IMG/VR virus record: IMGVR_UViG_3300032173_000006
Span: 27,629-59,628 of that record
Source: a virus
Direction: 5' to 3' (one strand)
DNA length: 32,000 nt
Part shown: positions 8,176 to 17,801 of the stretch, piece by piece
How positions within the stretch are numbered: position 1 is the stretch's first letter
Layout: the number at the start of each line of letters is the position of its first letter
Translations under genes and position numbers: made by a program
The notes under the pieces: generated by a model
Databases searched by the model: none
Seen by the model: only the letters and a program-made list of their open reading frames with translations
What the model was told of the DNA's origin: nothing

Positions 8176-11100
8176 ATGCTCACGAAGCTCGCCACATTCC
8201 GAGGGGTCTCACCCGCAGGTGAGCCACTCGTTCGGCTCTTCGAGCCTCAGTACGGCCTCATCAAAGAGGCTGGCTCACTGATGCCCCAGATCCGTCAGTG
8301 GATGTCTGCCTACAAACCCGACAGCGGGAAGATCGCAGTGCTCGTCAACGCCATGGGTGCGTCAGAGTACTGGGGTCAGAACGTCAACGGGGACATCTTC
8401 CCCGAAGCAGCACTCATTCACGACTGCCGCAATCACAAGGAGCAAGCTCACCCGTACGATGATCACACTGGCAAGATCATCCCAGTCTACGGATACTGGA
8501 CCTTCCTGAACGCCTTCCCGTTTGTCCATCACCGCAACAAGGACCCGAGCCGTGCCTTCGGTCACGTGGCCTTGGCGGTATGGAACCCTCGCATGCACCG
8601 GGTCGAGCTCATTGTCATCATCGACAAGGCTCTGGCGATGCAGCATGGTGCACAGGATGTAGTCGACCGCATCCTCGCCGGCGAGTTCCCTGATGTGTCG
8701 ATGGGCTGCCGAGTTCCGTACGACGTCTGCACCATCTGTGGGAACAGATCGAAGACTCGTAATGACTACTGCACGTGCATCAAAGAGATCGGCATGGGCA
8801 GGATCCTCGACGACGGACGTCGTATCGGGGTCATCAACTGCCATCCGCGCTTCTTCGACATCAGCTTCGTCTTCATCGGAGCAGACAAGACGGCCAAGGT
8901 CATGTGCAAGCTGGCCTCTGGAATCATCGTGCCCCAGAGCATAGCCGACGCAGAGCTTCTTTACGGGGTAGAAACTGAAGGCCCCAGTGAAGGGTTGCTG
9001 AAGGCCGCCTCTGTCGCTACTGGCGACGTAGAGGACGCTCGCTTCCCGGACACCAAATCGGTTCGAAAGAAGCTCGACGAAGAAGTGGTCAATCGGGTTC
9101 TTGGTCGTTCAGAGGCAGGGGTGACTGTCAGCGACAAGACCGATGATGCTGAAAACAAGACCGCAGGCCTCAAAGACCTCAAGGTGCTGAAGGACCTTTT
9201 CGCTGGAAGCACGCTCAAGCACCTGAAGGGCCGAGTGGGCAAAAGGTCGATTCGGGTCGACAACCTTCTGAAGAAGGCTTCCGACCGTATTGACCCAACA
9301 GACGAAGCAGACACCAGACTCTTGATGGGTCGAATCGACGATCAGGAGTCTCCGACCGTTATTGGGGATGGCCTCCTTCGCACCAATCTAGGCACTCGAG
9401 ACGATGAAGAGTCTATGGCTGTGGCTCGTCGAGGCATGGATGCGGACACGGAGCCCAGCATCGACCTGGGGAGTGGGTTCTCGAGCCCGAACACTCAGAG
9501 CCGAAAGCAGCAGATCTACGACTTCTACACTCGCAAGAACCATGGCGAGGCCCTACCTCCTCCTGGCGGAGTCGAGCAGCGCGCCAAGGTGATGGGCTTC
9601 TACAGCAACAAGTCGAGCCCCTCCAACACTTGGGTAGGCAATGTCGCGGACGATGCCAACCTGAGCAAGGAGTCATTCGACCTCGAGAAGGCTAAGAAGA
9701 ACCTTGTCGATCGCCGTACAGGCCTCAGTGAAACATTCGAGAGGGCGAAGAGCATCAAGATTGGTCCAGCTCCGTCACCGAACCGCAAGGATCATCCATT
9801 CGTAGGGACTATCGAGTTCCGTGGGCTCACTATCCACGTGGAGAACAAGCCCGGTAGCGTGCGGGAAGGCAAGAACTGGCAGACTGAGATGAAGCTCCCC
9901 TATGGGGAGATCCTCAGCACCAGGGGTACGGACGGTGACAAGCTCGATGTGTACGTAGGCCCTTGGCGTGACGCTGAGAACGCCTTCATCATTCATCAGA
10001 ACCGAGTCGGCGGCCCACGGGACGGTAAGTACGACGAGGACAAGGTGATGTTGGGCTTCGACTCTGCTGAGCAAGCCAAGGCCGCGTACCTCGCCCACTA
10101 CGACAACCCGGCCTTCTTCCGCTCCATCACGGCGATGGCCTTCCCTCTGTTCAAGAAGGCCATCGTCAGCAAAGAAGCACATGGGGAGAAGCTCGCCTCG
10201 GCATGGAGTGATGTGGTAGCTGATATGCTCATGGCGGACGAGTTCCAGACCAAGACCAAGCACGCTTGGCGTTCATTCGGTACTTGGGAAGAAGCCGTAC
10301 GGGCCGCAGAGATCATCAACGCCAACATCCCGATCGACTGGATGGACGTGTTGGGTTTCTTCCCCCGCCAAGACGAAATGAGCGGTGAGTTCATTCTCAG
10401 CCACCGTCCCCTCAGCTCTGAGCGAATGAGGGAGGTGTTCGGCATGGACAAGCAAGCCGCTGAATTGGAAGACCTGTTCGCTGGAGCCGGCACCGCTATG
10501 CGTCGTCAACGAACATGGCGTGACAAGGTGACGGGTCGTGAAACGAACGTCGCTGGATCTGGCTTCGAGAGCTCTGACAAGGCCAAGACTGCCTCAGTTG
10601 AACCTCAGTCTGTGAGTATCGAGACGGTGAAGGTTGCCCGTGTTCTTCACGACGGCTGGTCTCCAGAGGACATCCTGAAGGTGTCGAACGAGACAAAGGC
10701 TGCAGCCCATCTCAAGTGGGCCGACATCGTGAAACGCATTGGTCCCAGCAAGGCTGTTGGTCGTGTGACGCCACTGTTGTCACAGACCGAGCCTGACCTC
10801 CCCGTAGAAGTACTCAACAAGCTCGGTGGGGAGAAAGACCTCAAGAAGAGCCTGGCCACCCCTGCTCTGATGGGGATGGCTCTCAAGCCCCACGAGTTCC
10901 AACGCATCATCCTTATCCACATCGGCAAGTCGGATGTTGCCGATAAGATGGACGAGGAAGGTAAAGTGTTCAAGCCCAGTGAAGAAGGTGCTCCCCCGTG
11001 TGAGGAGCTGGGCCCGGAGCACTTTGATGACCACCTGCTACAGACTCTACTTCCCTTCCTGGAAGGAAAGTCCTATACGGGTCCAGTCGTCAGGCGAAGA

Positions 11101-11595
11101 ATTGTGCGCATCATAATGACAAAACCTTCTTCTCACCCGGCACAAACCGAAGTAGATTCTCCTCTTCTATCCAAGGTTGCATCCGCATACACTTGGTACA
11201 GAAGAGAGATTATGAAGTTGGCGAGAGCACTACCAGCAACTGTGACAAGCCACCCCGAGCTTCATGCTCGGACTCTCGGCGTGTCCACGGAAGACCTCTT
11301 CAACAAGACAGCAGCGGGCGAGCTCGGACTCGATCGTCGTTCACTGGGCATCTTGTTGGGGACGGTTCCGCTCTCACTCCTCTACTCCGCTCACAAGCGG
11401 CAGCAGATGGAGCGTGGAGAGGACGTAGGCCTGCTGGGAACTCTCGTAGCGGATCACCCGTGGCTTACTTCCATGGGTGTGGTTACTGGACTTGGAGCTC
11501 TGCTCCGTGACCCAAGAGCGCAACAGGCAGTCGATGAAGCATTCGCTGCCGGTCATCGCATTTGGGACGGCAAGCAAGCACCAGTGAGTGCGTGA
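8176..11595 (+). CDS. 1139-aa multidomain protein: N-terminal HK97-type prohead-protease-like domain with Cys4 insertion, central inorganic-pyrophosphatase-like domain, C-terminal hydrophobic segments
   Basis: aa 55-245: NGDIFPEAAL, FVHHRN (His), DVSMGC (Ser) and DISFVFIGADKTAKV resemble the S78/HK97 prohead protease layout. CTICGN...CTC (8728-8778) is a zinc-ribbon-like insertion. aa 541-660 (9796-10155): HVENKPGSVREGK...PYGEILSTRGTDGDKLDVYVG...DEDKVMLGF parallels the family I PPase core (YGyI..T...DGDP.DVlV). C-terminal segments LGILLGTVPLSLLYSA and WLTSMGVVTGLGALL look transmembrane. Confidence 0.8.
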   Translation: MLTKLATFRGVSPAGEPLVRLFEPQYGLIKEAGSLMPQIRQWMSAYKPDSGKIAVLVNAMGASEYWGQNVNGDIFPEAALIHDCRNHKEQAHPYDDHTGKIIPVYGYWTFLNAFPFVHHRNKDPSRAFGHVALAVWNPRMHRVELIVIIDKALAMQHGAQDVVDRILAGEFPDVSMGCRVPYDVCTICGNRSKTRNDYCTCIKEIGMGRILDDGRRIGVINCHPRFFDISFVFIGADKTAKVMCKLASGIIVPQSIADAELLYGVETEGPSEGLLKAASVATGDVEDARFPDTKSVRKKLDEEVVNRVLGRSEAGVTVSDKTDDAENKTAGLKDLKVLKDLFAGSTLKHLKGRVGKRSIRVDNLLKKASDRIDPTDEADTRLLMGRIDDQESPTVIGDGLLRTNLGTRDDEESMAVARRGMDADTEPSIDLGSGFSSPNTQSRKQQIYDFYTRKNHGEALPPPGGVEQRAKVMGFYSNKSSPSNTWVGNVADDANLSKESFDLEKAKKNLVDRRTGLSETFERAKSIKIGPAPSPNRKDHPFVGTIEFRGLTIHVENKPGSVREGKNWQTEMKLPYGEILSTRGTDGDKLDVYVGPWRDAENAFIIHQNRVGGPRDGKYDEDKVMLGFDSAEQAKAAYLAHYDNPAFFRSITAMAFPLFKKAIVSKEAHGEKLASAWSDVVADMLMADEFQTKTKHAWRSFGTWEEAVRAAEIINANIPIDWMDVLGFFPRQDEMSGEFILSHRPLSSERMREVFGMDKQAAELEDLFAGAGTAMRRQRTWRDKVTGRETNVAGSGFESSDKAKTASVEPQSVSIETVKVARVLHDGWSPEDILKVSNETKAAAHLKWADIVKRIGPSKAVGRVTPLLSQTEPDLPVEVLNKLGGEKDLKKSLATPALMGMALKPHEFQRIILIHIGKSDVADKMDEEGKVFKPSEEGAPPCEELGPEHFDDHLLQTLLPFLEGKSYTGPVVRRRIVRIIMTKPSSHPAQTEVDSPLLSKVASAYTWYRREIMKLARALPATVTSHPELHARTLGVSTEDLFNKTAAGELGLDRRSLGILLGTVPLSLLYSAHKRQQMERGEDVGLLGTLVADHPWLTSMGVVTGLGALLRDPRAQQAVDEAFAAGHRIWDGKQAPVSA

Positions 11596-11691
11596 AGAGG
11601 CAGGCGTGGGCATGAGAGGACACCTCATCCTTGATGATTTGCCTGAGTGCCTGAAAAGGAAGCTCAAAAACCCATCAAGGAGGACAGAGTC

Positions 11692-12558
11692 ATGAACGAG
11701 TTTCTTGCTGAGATCTACAACACCCGTGAGGCCATTGGCGCTTCGACGGACAACTCGGACGTCGAGAAGCTGGCGGAAGCACAGCTCCTGGACGAAGCCC
11801 TTCGGGCCGAAGGCGTCGACATCGACAAGCTGCCGGGTGAAACCATCCTCAAGCTGGCCCATCAGCTCCTCGGGGACAACAGCGCCCTCGTGAAGGCTGC
11901 CGAAGAAGGCGCCGCTCACGAAGGTGGCGAGACCCCGGCCGAAGAGAAGAAGGAGCACGAGGAAGGTGGCGAAGAGGCCGACGAGAAGGAAGTCAAGGCC
12001 GCTGCCATCGCCGAGCTCAGGGCCAAGGAAGCCAGTGGCGAAGAGACGATGGAAGAGAAGGTGGCGCAAGCCGACTTCCTCGGCCGCGTCATGGCCCACA
12101 GCTACTGGAACGAGAAGACCGAGATCGAGAAGACCGCCGGCATGCCGGAGGCCCTCCGCAAAGGTCTCGATGCTGCCAAGGGCTTCGGCACCAAAGCGAG
12201 CACCAAGGCGCACGAGTTCGGAGCGAAGGCCAAGGCGTTCGGTGGCAAGGCCGCCGAGCACGGCAAGAAGGGCCTCGAGTTCGCCAAGGCGCACAAGCGT
12301 GACGCGGCGTTCGCCGGTGGCGGCGCTGCCGCTGGTGGCGCAGCCGGTTTCGCAGCCGGTCACAGCAGCAAGCACAAGAAGGCCTCGGCCATCGACATGC
12401 TGGCTGAGAAGCGGGCGATGGAGTGGGCGGACGCTCACGGTCTGCTCGAGCAGTCCGATGAGCAGAAGCTCGCCGCCGCTGTCGACCAACGCGCTGCGGA
12501 GTTGCTCGCTGAGGCGGGCATCGACGTGAACGCAGTGGAGGCCGCGGCCCAGAAGTAA
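11692..12558 (+). CDS. acidic / Ala-Lys-rich low-complexity protein (scaffold or internal-protein candidate)
   Basis: AAGGAGGA SD 7 nt before the ATG at 11692; the track start at 11647 has no SD. It contains Glu-rich and FG.KA repeats (GFGTKASTKAHEFGAKAKAFGGKAAEHGKK). Confidence 0.7.
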   Translation: MNEFLAEIYNTREAIGASTDNSDVEKLAEAQLLDEALRAEGVDIDKLPGETILKLAHQLLGDNSALVKAAEEGAAHEGGETPAEEKKEHEEGGEEADEKEVKAAAIAELRAKEASGEETMEEKVAQADFLGRVMAHSYWNEKTEIEKTAGMPEALRKGLDAAKGFGTKASTKAHEFGAKAKAFGGKAAEHGKKGLEFAKAHKRDAAFAGGGAAAGGAAGFAAGHSSKHKKASAIDMLAEKRAMEWADAHGLLEQSDEQKLAAAVDQRAAELLAEAGIDVNAVEAAAQK

Positions 12559-12584
12559 GGGCGTGGACGAGCATGGAGACACGG

Positions 12585-12848
12585 ATGTTGGCTTCCTTCC
12601 AAAACGAACTCCAGAAGATTGCTGAGGGCAACGCGGTGCAAGCACCTGTCGCTGTCACCGGCGGTCTCGGAGCAAACGCTGTAGGGAAGCCACTTCCGTC
12701 TCCTGGCATCGCTAAGGGTACGTCCCAGACGACGCCGAAGCCTGCTCAGCCAACGAATTACACCATGGTCCATTCAACCGCGCCAATGGCGGCTTTTGAT
12801 GGTGGTACGGCAATCAAGTCGACACCGCCGCCGCTTGTGGAAACCTAA
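12585..12848 (+). CDS. small protein (87 aa) beginning with the FQNELQKIA box
   Basis: The second in-frame ATG (12585) has GGAG 9 nt upstream. The N-terminus is MLASFQNELQKIAEG and the rest is Pro/Ala/Gly/Thr-rich. Confidence 0.6.
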   Translation: MLASFQNELQKIAEGNAVQAPVAVTGGLGANAVGKPLPSPGIAKGTSQTTPKPAQPTNYTMVHSTAPMAAFDGGTAIKSTPPPLVET

Positions 12849-12859
12849 GGAGAACCGTC

Positions 12860-14410
12860 ATGTCAATGAATACGTCGGTCTTCGAGATGGTCCACCAGGT
12901 GCTTGGCGACGCCAAGGAGAAGCTCGCTCGCGATGCTTCCCAGGGCGTTGAGAAGAAAGCGGCGGCAGTGCAGTCGCAGCCCTCGGCCAAGCTCTCTGGG
13001 GACAAGCTCAGTGATGAGTACTTGGGCAAGCTGGCATCAGCTTGTGACCATCTCTCGACCCATCTGCATCTGATCGATCACACGCGGACGCCGCAAGAGA
13101 AGCTGGCGGAGTACGCGGAGATCAACCGAGCTCTGATGAAGCGAGCTTTCGAGGGTGGTGACAAGGCTCACCAAACCGAGGAAGCTGACGCTGATTCGAT
13201 CTCGCCGAAAACCGTCTCGTTGAACGACTCGGGCACAGGCGTGGGAGGCACCACTGCGGTGCCGTCCGCCCCGAACATGGCCACGGGTACGCCACCGGAC
13301 GCCGGCGGGCAGGGCGAGGCGACTTCGAGCAACCAGCCTCCGAAGACCACGTCTCCGACCGAGAAGCCGAATCCCCAGGACGCCTCCAACGCAATGGAGA
13401 CGAACCAGGGGATGATGATGCCGTCGCAACCCGACGACCTCCTCAGGCAGACCGGCGGTGACGAGGCCAACGGCAAGACTGCGTCGGCTCGAGCCAATCG
13501 AGTGCTCACCAAGGTGAGTGGCAAGGCCGATCGTGACCTTCGTGAGAAGGTTGCCCAGGCCAAGCGCACCAAGGTGCTCTTGATGAAGGCGGCCCAGGCA
13601 GGCATCCCGCCAGCGGCGGCGATGAGCTTCCTCAAGAAGCTGGCCGAGCCAGGCCACGAAGACATGGACGGCAGCCAGATCTCGGCCGGGAGTGATCCCG
13701 CGCTGCAATCTGAGCCTGGTGTCCCCAGCGCCCTCTCGCAGGGTGCTGAAGCGGGAAGCAACACACCTCGGGGTTCCGCACCGACTTCTGGTGAAGGGGG
13801 CGGCCGGGAGCTGATCAGCAGCAACGAGTCTGCGATCAACGCTACCAAGGGCCAAGCCAAGCAGCAGAACAAGGGCGCTCTCTCCGAGCTGTTGACCGAG
13901 CCGATGCACTCATCGGCTCATGACAAGACTCTCCAGGAGTCGCTGGATAACACCTCCTCTGCGGGTGTGAAGATTTCTGCGGCCAGAGAGTTGCTCAAGA
14001 AGTTGGCGGCATCCTCGCCCGACGCTCGTCGGAAGGTGGCCGCGCTGGTGAAGAAGGCGGATGACCTGCAGTCACCTGTCCCTCCACCGACCGAAGGTGC
14101 CGAGCTGGCAACCGAGGGTGCTACACCCGCGGAAGCTGGTCCCGTGCTCCCCGAGGGCGGTGAACAGGGCGGGCTCGATGCAGCGATGGCCGCAGTCCTC
14201 GCCGGCGTGACGCCCGAAGACTTGGCGGCGGCTGAGGAGCTCCTGGCAGGAGAGGCCGGGGGCGGTGCGGAAGCACCAGTTGCCGAAGGCGGAGCAGCTC
14301 CAATGGCGGGAGCCGAGGCCCCGGAAAAACTCCAACAGTTCGGCGGCATGGGCGGAATGTCCGGCGGGGCTGGTGGGGGTTCTCCTTCGCCGACTCCCAT
14401 GATGGGCTAA
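12860..14410 (+). CDS. 516-aa low-complexity (Ala/Gly/Pro/Ser/Glu-rich) protein, scaffold or ejection-protein candidate
   Basis: AAGGAG SD. It has a long disordered composition and ends in GGMGGMSGGAGGGSPSPTPMMG. It contains two L-K-K-L-A boxes (FLKKLAEPG, LLKKLAASS). Confidence 0.7.
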   Translation: MSMNTSVFEMVHQVLGDAKEKLARDASQGVEKKAAAVQSQPSAKLSGDKLSDEYLGKLASACDHLSTHLHLIDHTRTPQEKLAEYAEINRALMKRAFEGGDKAHQTEEADADSISPKTVSLNDSGTGVGGTTAVPSAPNMATGTPPDAGGQGEATSSNQPPKTTSPTEKPNPQDASNAMETNQGMMMPSQPDDLLRQTGGDEANGKTASARANRVLTKVSGKADRDLREKVAQAKRTKVLLMKAAQAGIPPAAAMSFLKKLAEPGHEDMDGSQISAGSDPALQSEPGVPSALSQGAEAGSNTPRGSAPTSGEGGGRELISSNESAINATKGQAKQQNKGALSELLTEPMHSSAHDKTLQESLDNTSSAGVKISAARELLKKLAASSPDARRKVAALVKKADDLQSPVPPPTEGAELATEGATPAEAGPVLPEGGEQGGLDAAMAAVLAGVTPEDLAAAEELLAGEAGGGAEAPVAEGGAAPMAGAEAPEKLQQFGGMGGMSGGAGGGSPSPTPMMG

Positions 14411-14424
14411 CGCCTGAAGAAAGG

Positions 14425-14790
14425 ATGAGCCAAATGCAAAAGATCAGTTCACAGGATGCGGCATCCCTTCTCAAGCAGGCGGGAGCCGCCATCCGTACCC
14501 TCAAGGACGAGCGCGACGATCTTCGTGAGAAGGTCGCCAGCTTCGAGAAGAGGGAGCGGATGGAGAAGATTGCTCGGGACATGGAAGAGAAGGGACTCTC
14601 TCAGGACCTCACCTTCGAGCAGAAGGTGGCGGCTCTCGAGAAGGCCCCCGATCTCCGAGTCACTGAGGAAGCCATCAAGCTCGCGGCCCCGCAAGGCCGT
14701 GGGTTCGGCAGCCTCAGCGACACTCCGAGCTCAACATCGACTCCCTTCGAACACTTCATCATGACGGGCGAGGATCCGTCTGAGGCGTGA
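14425..14790 (+). CDS. scaffolding-like coiled-coil protein (121 aa)
   Basis: Charged heptad-like sequence (LKDERDDLREKVASFEKRERMEKIARDMEEKGL), small size, and a position two genes upstream of the capsid candidate. The start could instead be the ATG at 14434. Confidence 0.55.
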   Translation: MSQMQKISSQDAASLLKQAGAAIRTLKDERDDLREKVASFEKRERMEKIARDMEEKGLSQDLTFEQKVAALEKAPDLRVTEEAIKLAAPQGRGFGSLSDTPSSTSTPFEHFIMTGEDPSEA

Positions 14791-14834
14791 TCGTAGGGAA
14801 CCAACAACGCAGAAATCCATCGCGGAGGTAAGTC

Positions 14835-15296
14835 ATGGCAGTGCAAAATTTCAGACTCGTGAGCGAGTTTCAGACGATTCACCGTCGTCCGTTCGAGCTC
14901 ACTGACCCCACCATCCTGGTCCCGACGGCCACGAACCCGCTGCTCGACGGCGAGTTCCTGGAGCTGGACACGGCCTACAAGATGGCACGTGGCTCCGGCA
15001 ACCCGGCGGCCGTGCCCTCGTTCTGCTATTTCGCAGAGCGTGGCCGGTACGAGGTCCAGGCGATCCAGAAGGGTCCGTTCTTGTACCTGGGCGCGTATGA
15101 GGCTGACACCCTCATCATGGATGCTTCCAGCCTCGCGGTTGGCTCCAAGCTCGAGGTCGGCAATGTCACCGTCGGCGGTCAGGTCAAGCGTGGCCTGAAG
15201 CTGGCGACGACTGGTCTGGTGGTCGGGTACGTCACCCGTCTGCCGGCGAACAACAAGAACTTCCTGCGGTTCATTCACTGCGGCGCCGGGATGTAA
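14835..15296 (+). CDS. head decoration-like protein (153 aa)
   Basis: GGAGGT SD. It sits immediately upstream of the capsid candidate, as gpD precedes gpE in lambda. It is small and beta-rich (GSKLEVGNVTVGGQVKRGLKLATTGLVVGYV). The assignment rests on synteny and composition only. Confidence 0.5.
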   Translation: MAVQNFRLVSEFQTIHRRPFELTDPTILVPTATNPLLDGEFLELDTAYKMARGSGNPAAVPSFCYFAERGRYEVQAIQKGPFLYLGAYEADTLIMDASSLAVGSKLEVGNVTVGGQVKRGLKLATTGLVVGYVTRLPANNKNFLRFIHCGAGM

Positions 15297-15356
15297 TCCG
15301 GCCTGACGGCTGAACCCCAAAGGAAACAAGGACCGAAAGGTACAAGGAGATTCATC

Positions 15357-16478
15357 ATGAGTATGGTTCAAGCATCCCTCGAGATGTTCAACCAGCGGTT
15401 GGACACCCAAGAAGGCAAGGACAAGCTCGCCGAGCTCGGCGGGTCATGGATTCGCGATCGTCTGCGTGAAATCGCTTACTCCCGGCACGTGCTGCCGCCA
15501 GAGCAAGTGACCCGCGCCGACTGTCAGCGCAGCGTCAACCACGACACGCTCGTCAAGATCGTGGACGTGGAGCCGCAGAGCCGCGCCATGGCGATCACGT
15601 TCCGTGATCAGCCCACGGCTCGGTTCATCCGTGCCCCGAAGGCTGAGATCCCCTTCTTCACCATCTCCTCGGAGAAGTTCGAGAAGACGGAGCAGGAGCT
15701 CTTGGCCTACGAGATGCCCATCACCAAGGTCATCGAGGACAACTCGGTGAAGGACATCCAGGAGATCGAGGACCGCCAGTTCACGATCTACATCGAGTCG
15801 GCAGTCCAGGCACTGCAGGCCGAGATCAACGGCACTGGCACGGCGTACAACGCCACGAACATCCGGGCTGGCTCGGCCAGCGCCCAGGTGGTCTCGGTCG
15901 TGAAGGGTGAGCTCGCGCTCGCCGCCAACGGCAACGACTTCCTGGTCCGCCCCATTCAGCGCCCGGACTTCGTCGAGCTCTTCAAGCTCCTCGACAACAA
16001 CCGCTTGCGCTCAGAGCGCATGCTGTTGACCGAAGGCGACCATGACGACGTCCTCCAGTGGACCCTGGAAGACTTCGGCTCGAAGATCGCGTCGGAAACC
16101 GTGGTCGACGGATACAAGTACAACACCCTGCTCGGCCGCAAGGTCGTTCGCACGGTGAAGACTGACATCCTGCGCCCCGGCAACGTCTACATCTTCACGG
16201 CGCCGCAGTTCTTCGGCAAGTTCTACATCCTCAACAACACCAAGTTCTACATCGACAAGATCGCGAATGTGATCACGTGGCAGAGCTGGGAAGACATCGG
16301 CATGGGCATCGTGAACATCGCCGCTGTCCGCAAGCTCGAGCTCTACCGCGGGTCGGTGAAGCCGGGTGATGTCGACACGGGCTACGCCAACAAGCTCCCG
16401 TCGTCGGAAGAGGATCTGGGCGCGGAGAACAACCGCGTCGACTCCGGGTTGCACTACCCGTCAGTCCAGCAGTACTAA
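15357..16478 (+). CDS. major capsid protein candidate (373 aa)
   Basis: AAGGAG SD. Typical HK97-fold MCP size. It is preceded by scaffold-like and decoration-like genes and followed by the clearest intrinsic terminator in the window. No family-level motif could be verified by eye. Confidence 0.6.
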   Translation: MSMVQASLEMFNQRLDTQEGKDKLAELGGSWIRDRLREIAYSRHVLPPEQVTRADCQRSVNHDTLVKIVDVEPQSRAMAITFRDQPTARFIRAPKAEIPFFTISSEKFEKTEQELLAYEMPITKVIEDNSVKDIQEIEDRQFTIYIESAVQALQAEINGTGTAYNATNIRAGSASAQVVSVVKGELALAANGNDFLVRPIQRPDFVELFKLLDNNRLRSERMLLTEGDHDDVLQWTLEDFGSKIASETVVDGYKYNTLLGRKVVRTVKTDILRPGNVYIFTAPQFFGKFYILNNTKFYIDKIANVITWQSWEDIGMGIVNIAAVRKLELYRGSVKPGDVDTGYANKLPSSEEDLGAENNRVDSGLHYPSVQQY

Positions 16479-16514
16479 CACCTTCGGGTGTCGGTGCTGA
16501 CCAGAGTGCGATTG

Positions 16515-16557
16515 GCCCCTGGGTCTGGGTCGTCAGACTCCGGCCCAGGGGCTTTTT
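16515..16557 (+). terminator. rho-independent terminator after the capsid gene
   Basis: GCCCCTGGG (16515-16523) pairs with CCCAGGGGC (16544-16552) and is followed by TTTTT (16553-16557). A small ACACC-TTCG-GGTGT hairpin also sits at 16478-16491, directly at the stop codon. Confidence 0.7.
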
Positions 16558-16583
16558 CATGTGACCCTTTCAGGAGGCCTAAG

Positions 16584-17390
16584 ATGGCGCCAGAAGAAAC
16601 CACCGGGCTGACGAAGGAAGAGGCTGCCAAGGACGTACAGGCCTCCTCCGAGAAGAAGCCCGAAAGTCGTCCCCTCGATTACGTCATGATCAACCACCTC
16701 GGCTACGCACGGGAGTACAAGAAGCACCGTGCAGAGCGAGCTGGTGGCCGCAGGCAGAGGTTCACCCTCGGCAACGGTCGGCAGATCCGTGCGAAAGGCC
16801 CTCGGTACACCGAGGTGTCCTTCGAGGATCTCCTCAAGAACTTCAACCAGCTTCTCAAGGGCGTGAAAGAGGGGTTCATCTCCGTCTGCCGCCCTGACAA
16901 TCTCGAAGCCATGACAGTGGAGCAGCTCGTTGACCTTGGTGCCCGCCTGGCCCAGGACTACGAGTTCGACCACGTGGTGGACGAGACCCTGCTCGAGCCC
17001 CTCTTCGGCTCTGACCTGACCGACAAGAAGGTCTGGGTGGAGAAGCCGAAGGGCAAGGACACCGAGATCACCAAGCCGAGTCTCGAGCCCGCAGTCATTG
17101 CCGCTGAAGAGCGCAAGAAGCTCGATGAGGCCAAGCCAGCAGAGACTGGTCTGCTCGATGACCACGGAGAAGAGGTCAAGGCCGACGCTCCCGCTGAAGT
17201 ACCCGCCGAAGCCGAAGGCGAAGAGTCCGAGGATGAGGGTGAGACCCTCACCGAAGAGCAGATGATGGAAATGTCCGTCAAGGACCTCCAGAAGCTCGCC
17301 AAGGACTACGGCGTGAAGAAGCCCGAGAAGCTCCACGCGAAGAAGGATCTCGTCGACGCCATCATTGAGGCGTCCAAGGAACAGGAGTAA
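16584..17390 (+). CDS. acidic protein with C-terminal HeH / Rho-N (SAP-like) motif
   Basis: AGGAGG SD 6 nt before the ATG at 16584; the track start at 16488 would read through the terminator. The C-terminus MEMSVKDLQKLAKDYGVKKPEKLHAKKDLVDAIIEA matches the helix-extension-helix pattern of Rho N-terminal/SAP domains. Confidence 0.7.
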   Translation: MAPEETTGLTKEEAAKDVQASSEKKPESRPLDYVMINHLGYAREYKKHRAERAGGRRQRFTLGNGRQIRAKGPRYTEVSFEDLLKNFNQLLKGVKEGFISVCRPDNLEAMTVEQLVDLGARLAQDYEFDHVVDETLLEPLFGSDLTDKKVWVEKPKGKDTEITKPSLEPAVIAAEERKKLDEAKPAETGLLDDHGEEVKADAPAEVPAEAEGEESEDEGETLTEEQMMEMSVKDLQKLAKDYGVKKPEKLHAKKDLVDAIIEASKEQE

Positions 17391-17393
17391 GCC

Positions 17394-17792
17394 ATGGCAC
17401 TCACCCGTGTATGGAACATCACCAGCGATCCGAGCACCGACGTGCCGGTCCAGAACCTGATGGTTCTGGGCAAGCTCCTCAAGCCCGGTCAGTCGATGCA
17501 GATCGACGAGAAGGACTTGGAGAAGGCCCACAAGACCAAGAAGGACGTCAGCCTGCAGCTCCTGGCGATCGGCAAGACTCTTCCGAGCTACCTCGCTGCC
17601 AAAGCGAAAGCCACTTTGCCGGCAGACCTCCCCCGAGGTCACGGCCAAGTGCCTGCTGAGGCTATGGCGGCTGACGTGGCGGCAAAGGTCGACGAGAAGG
17701 TCGTGGTCACGGAAAGCGTGGCTGCCGAGACCAAGCCGGCCGAGGATGCCTCCACCGACGAGAGCAGGAAGTTCAAGCACAACCGTCGATAG
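17394..17792 (+). CDS. hypothetical protein (132 aa)
   Basis: The ATG lies 4 nt after the upstream stop, consistent with operon packing, and codon usage fits. No motif recognised. Confidence 0.6.
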   Translation: MALTRVWNITSDPSTDVPVQNLMVLGKLLKPGQSMQIDEKDLEKAHKTKKDVSLQLLAIGKTLPSYLAAKAKATLPADLPRGHGQVPAEAMAADVAAKVDEKVVVTESVAAETKPAEDASTDESRKFKHNRR

Positions 17793-17801
17793 GGGTAGCC
17801 G

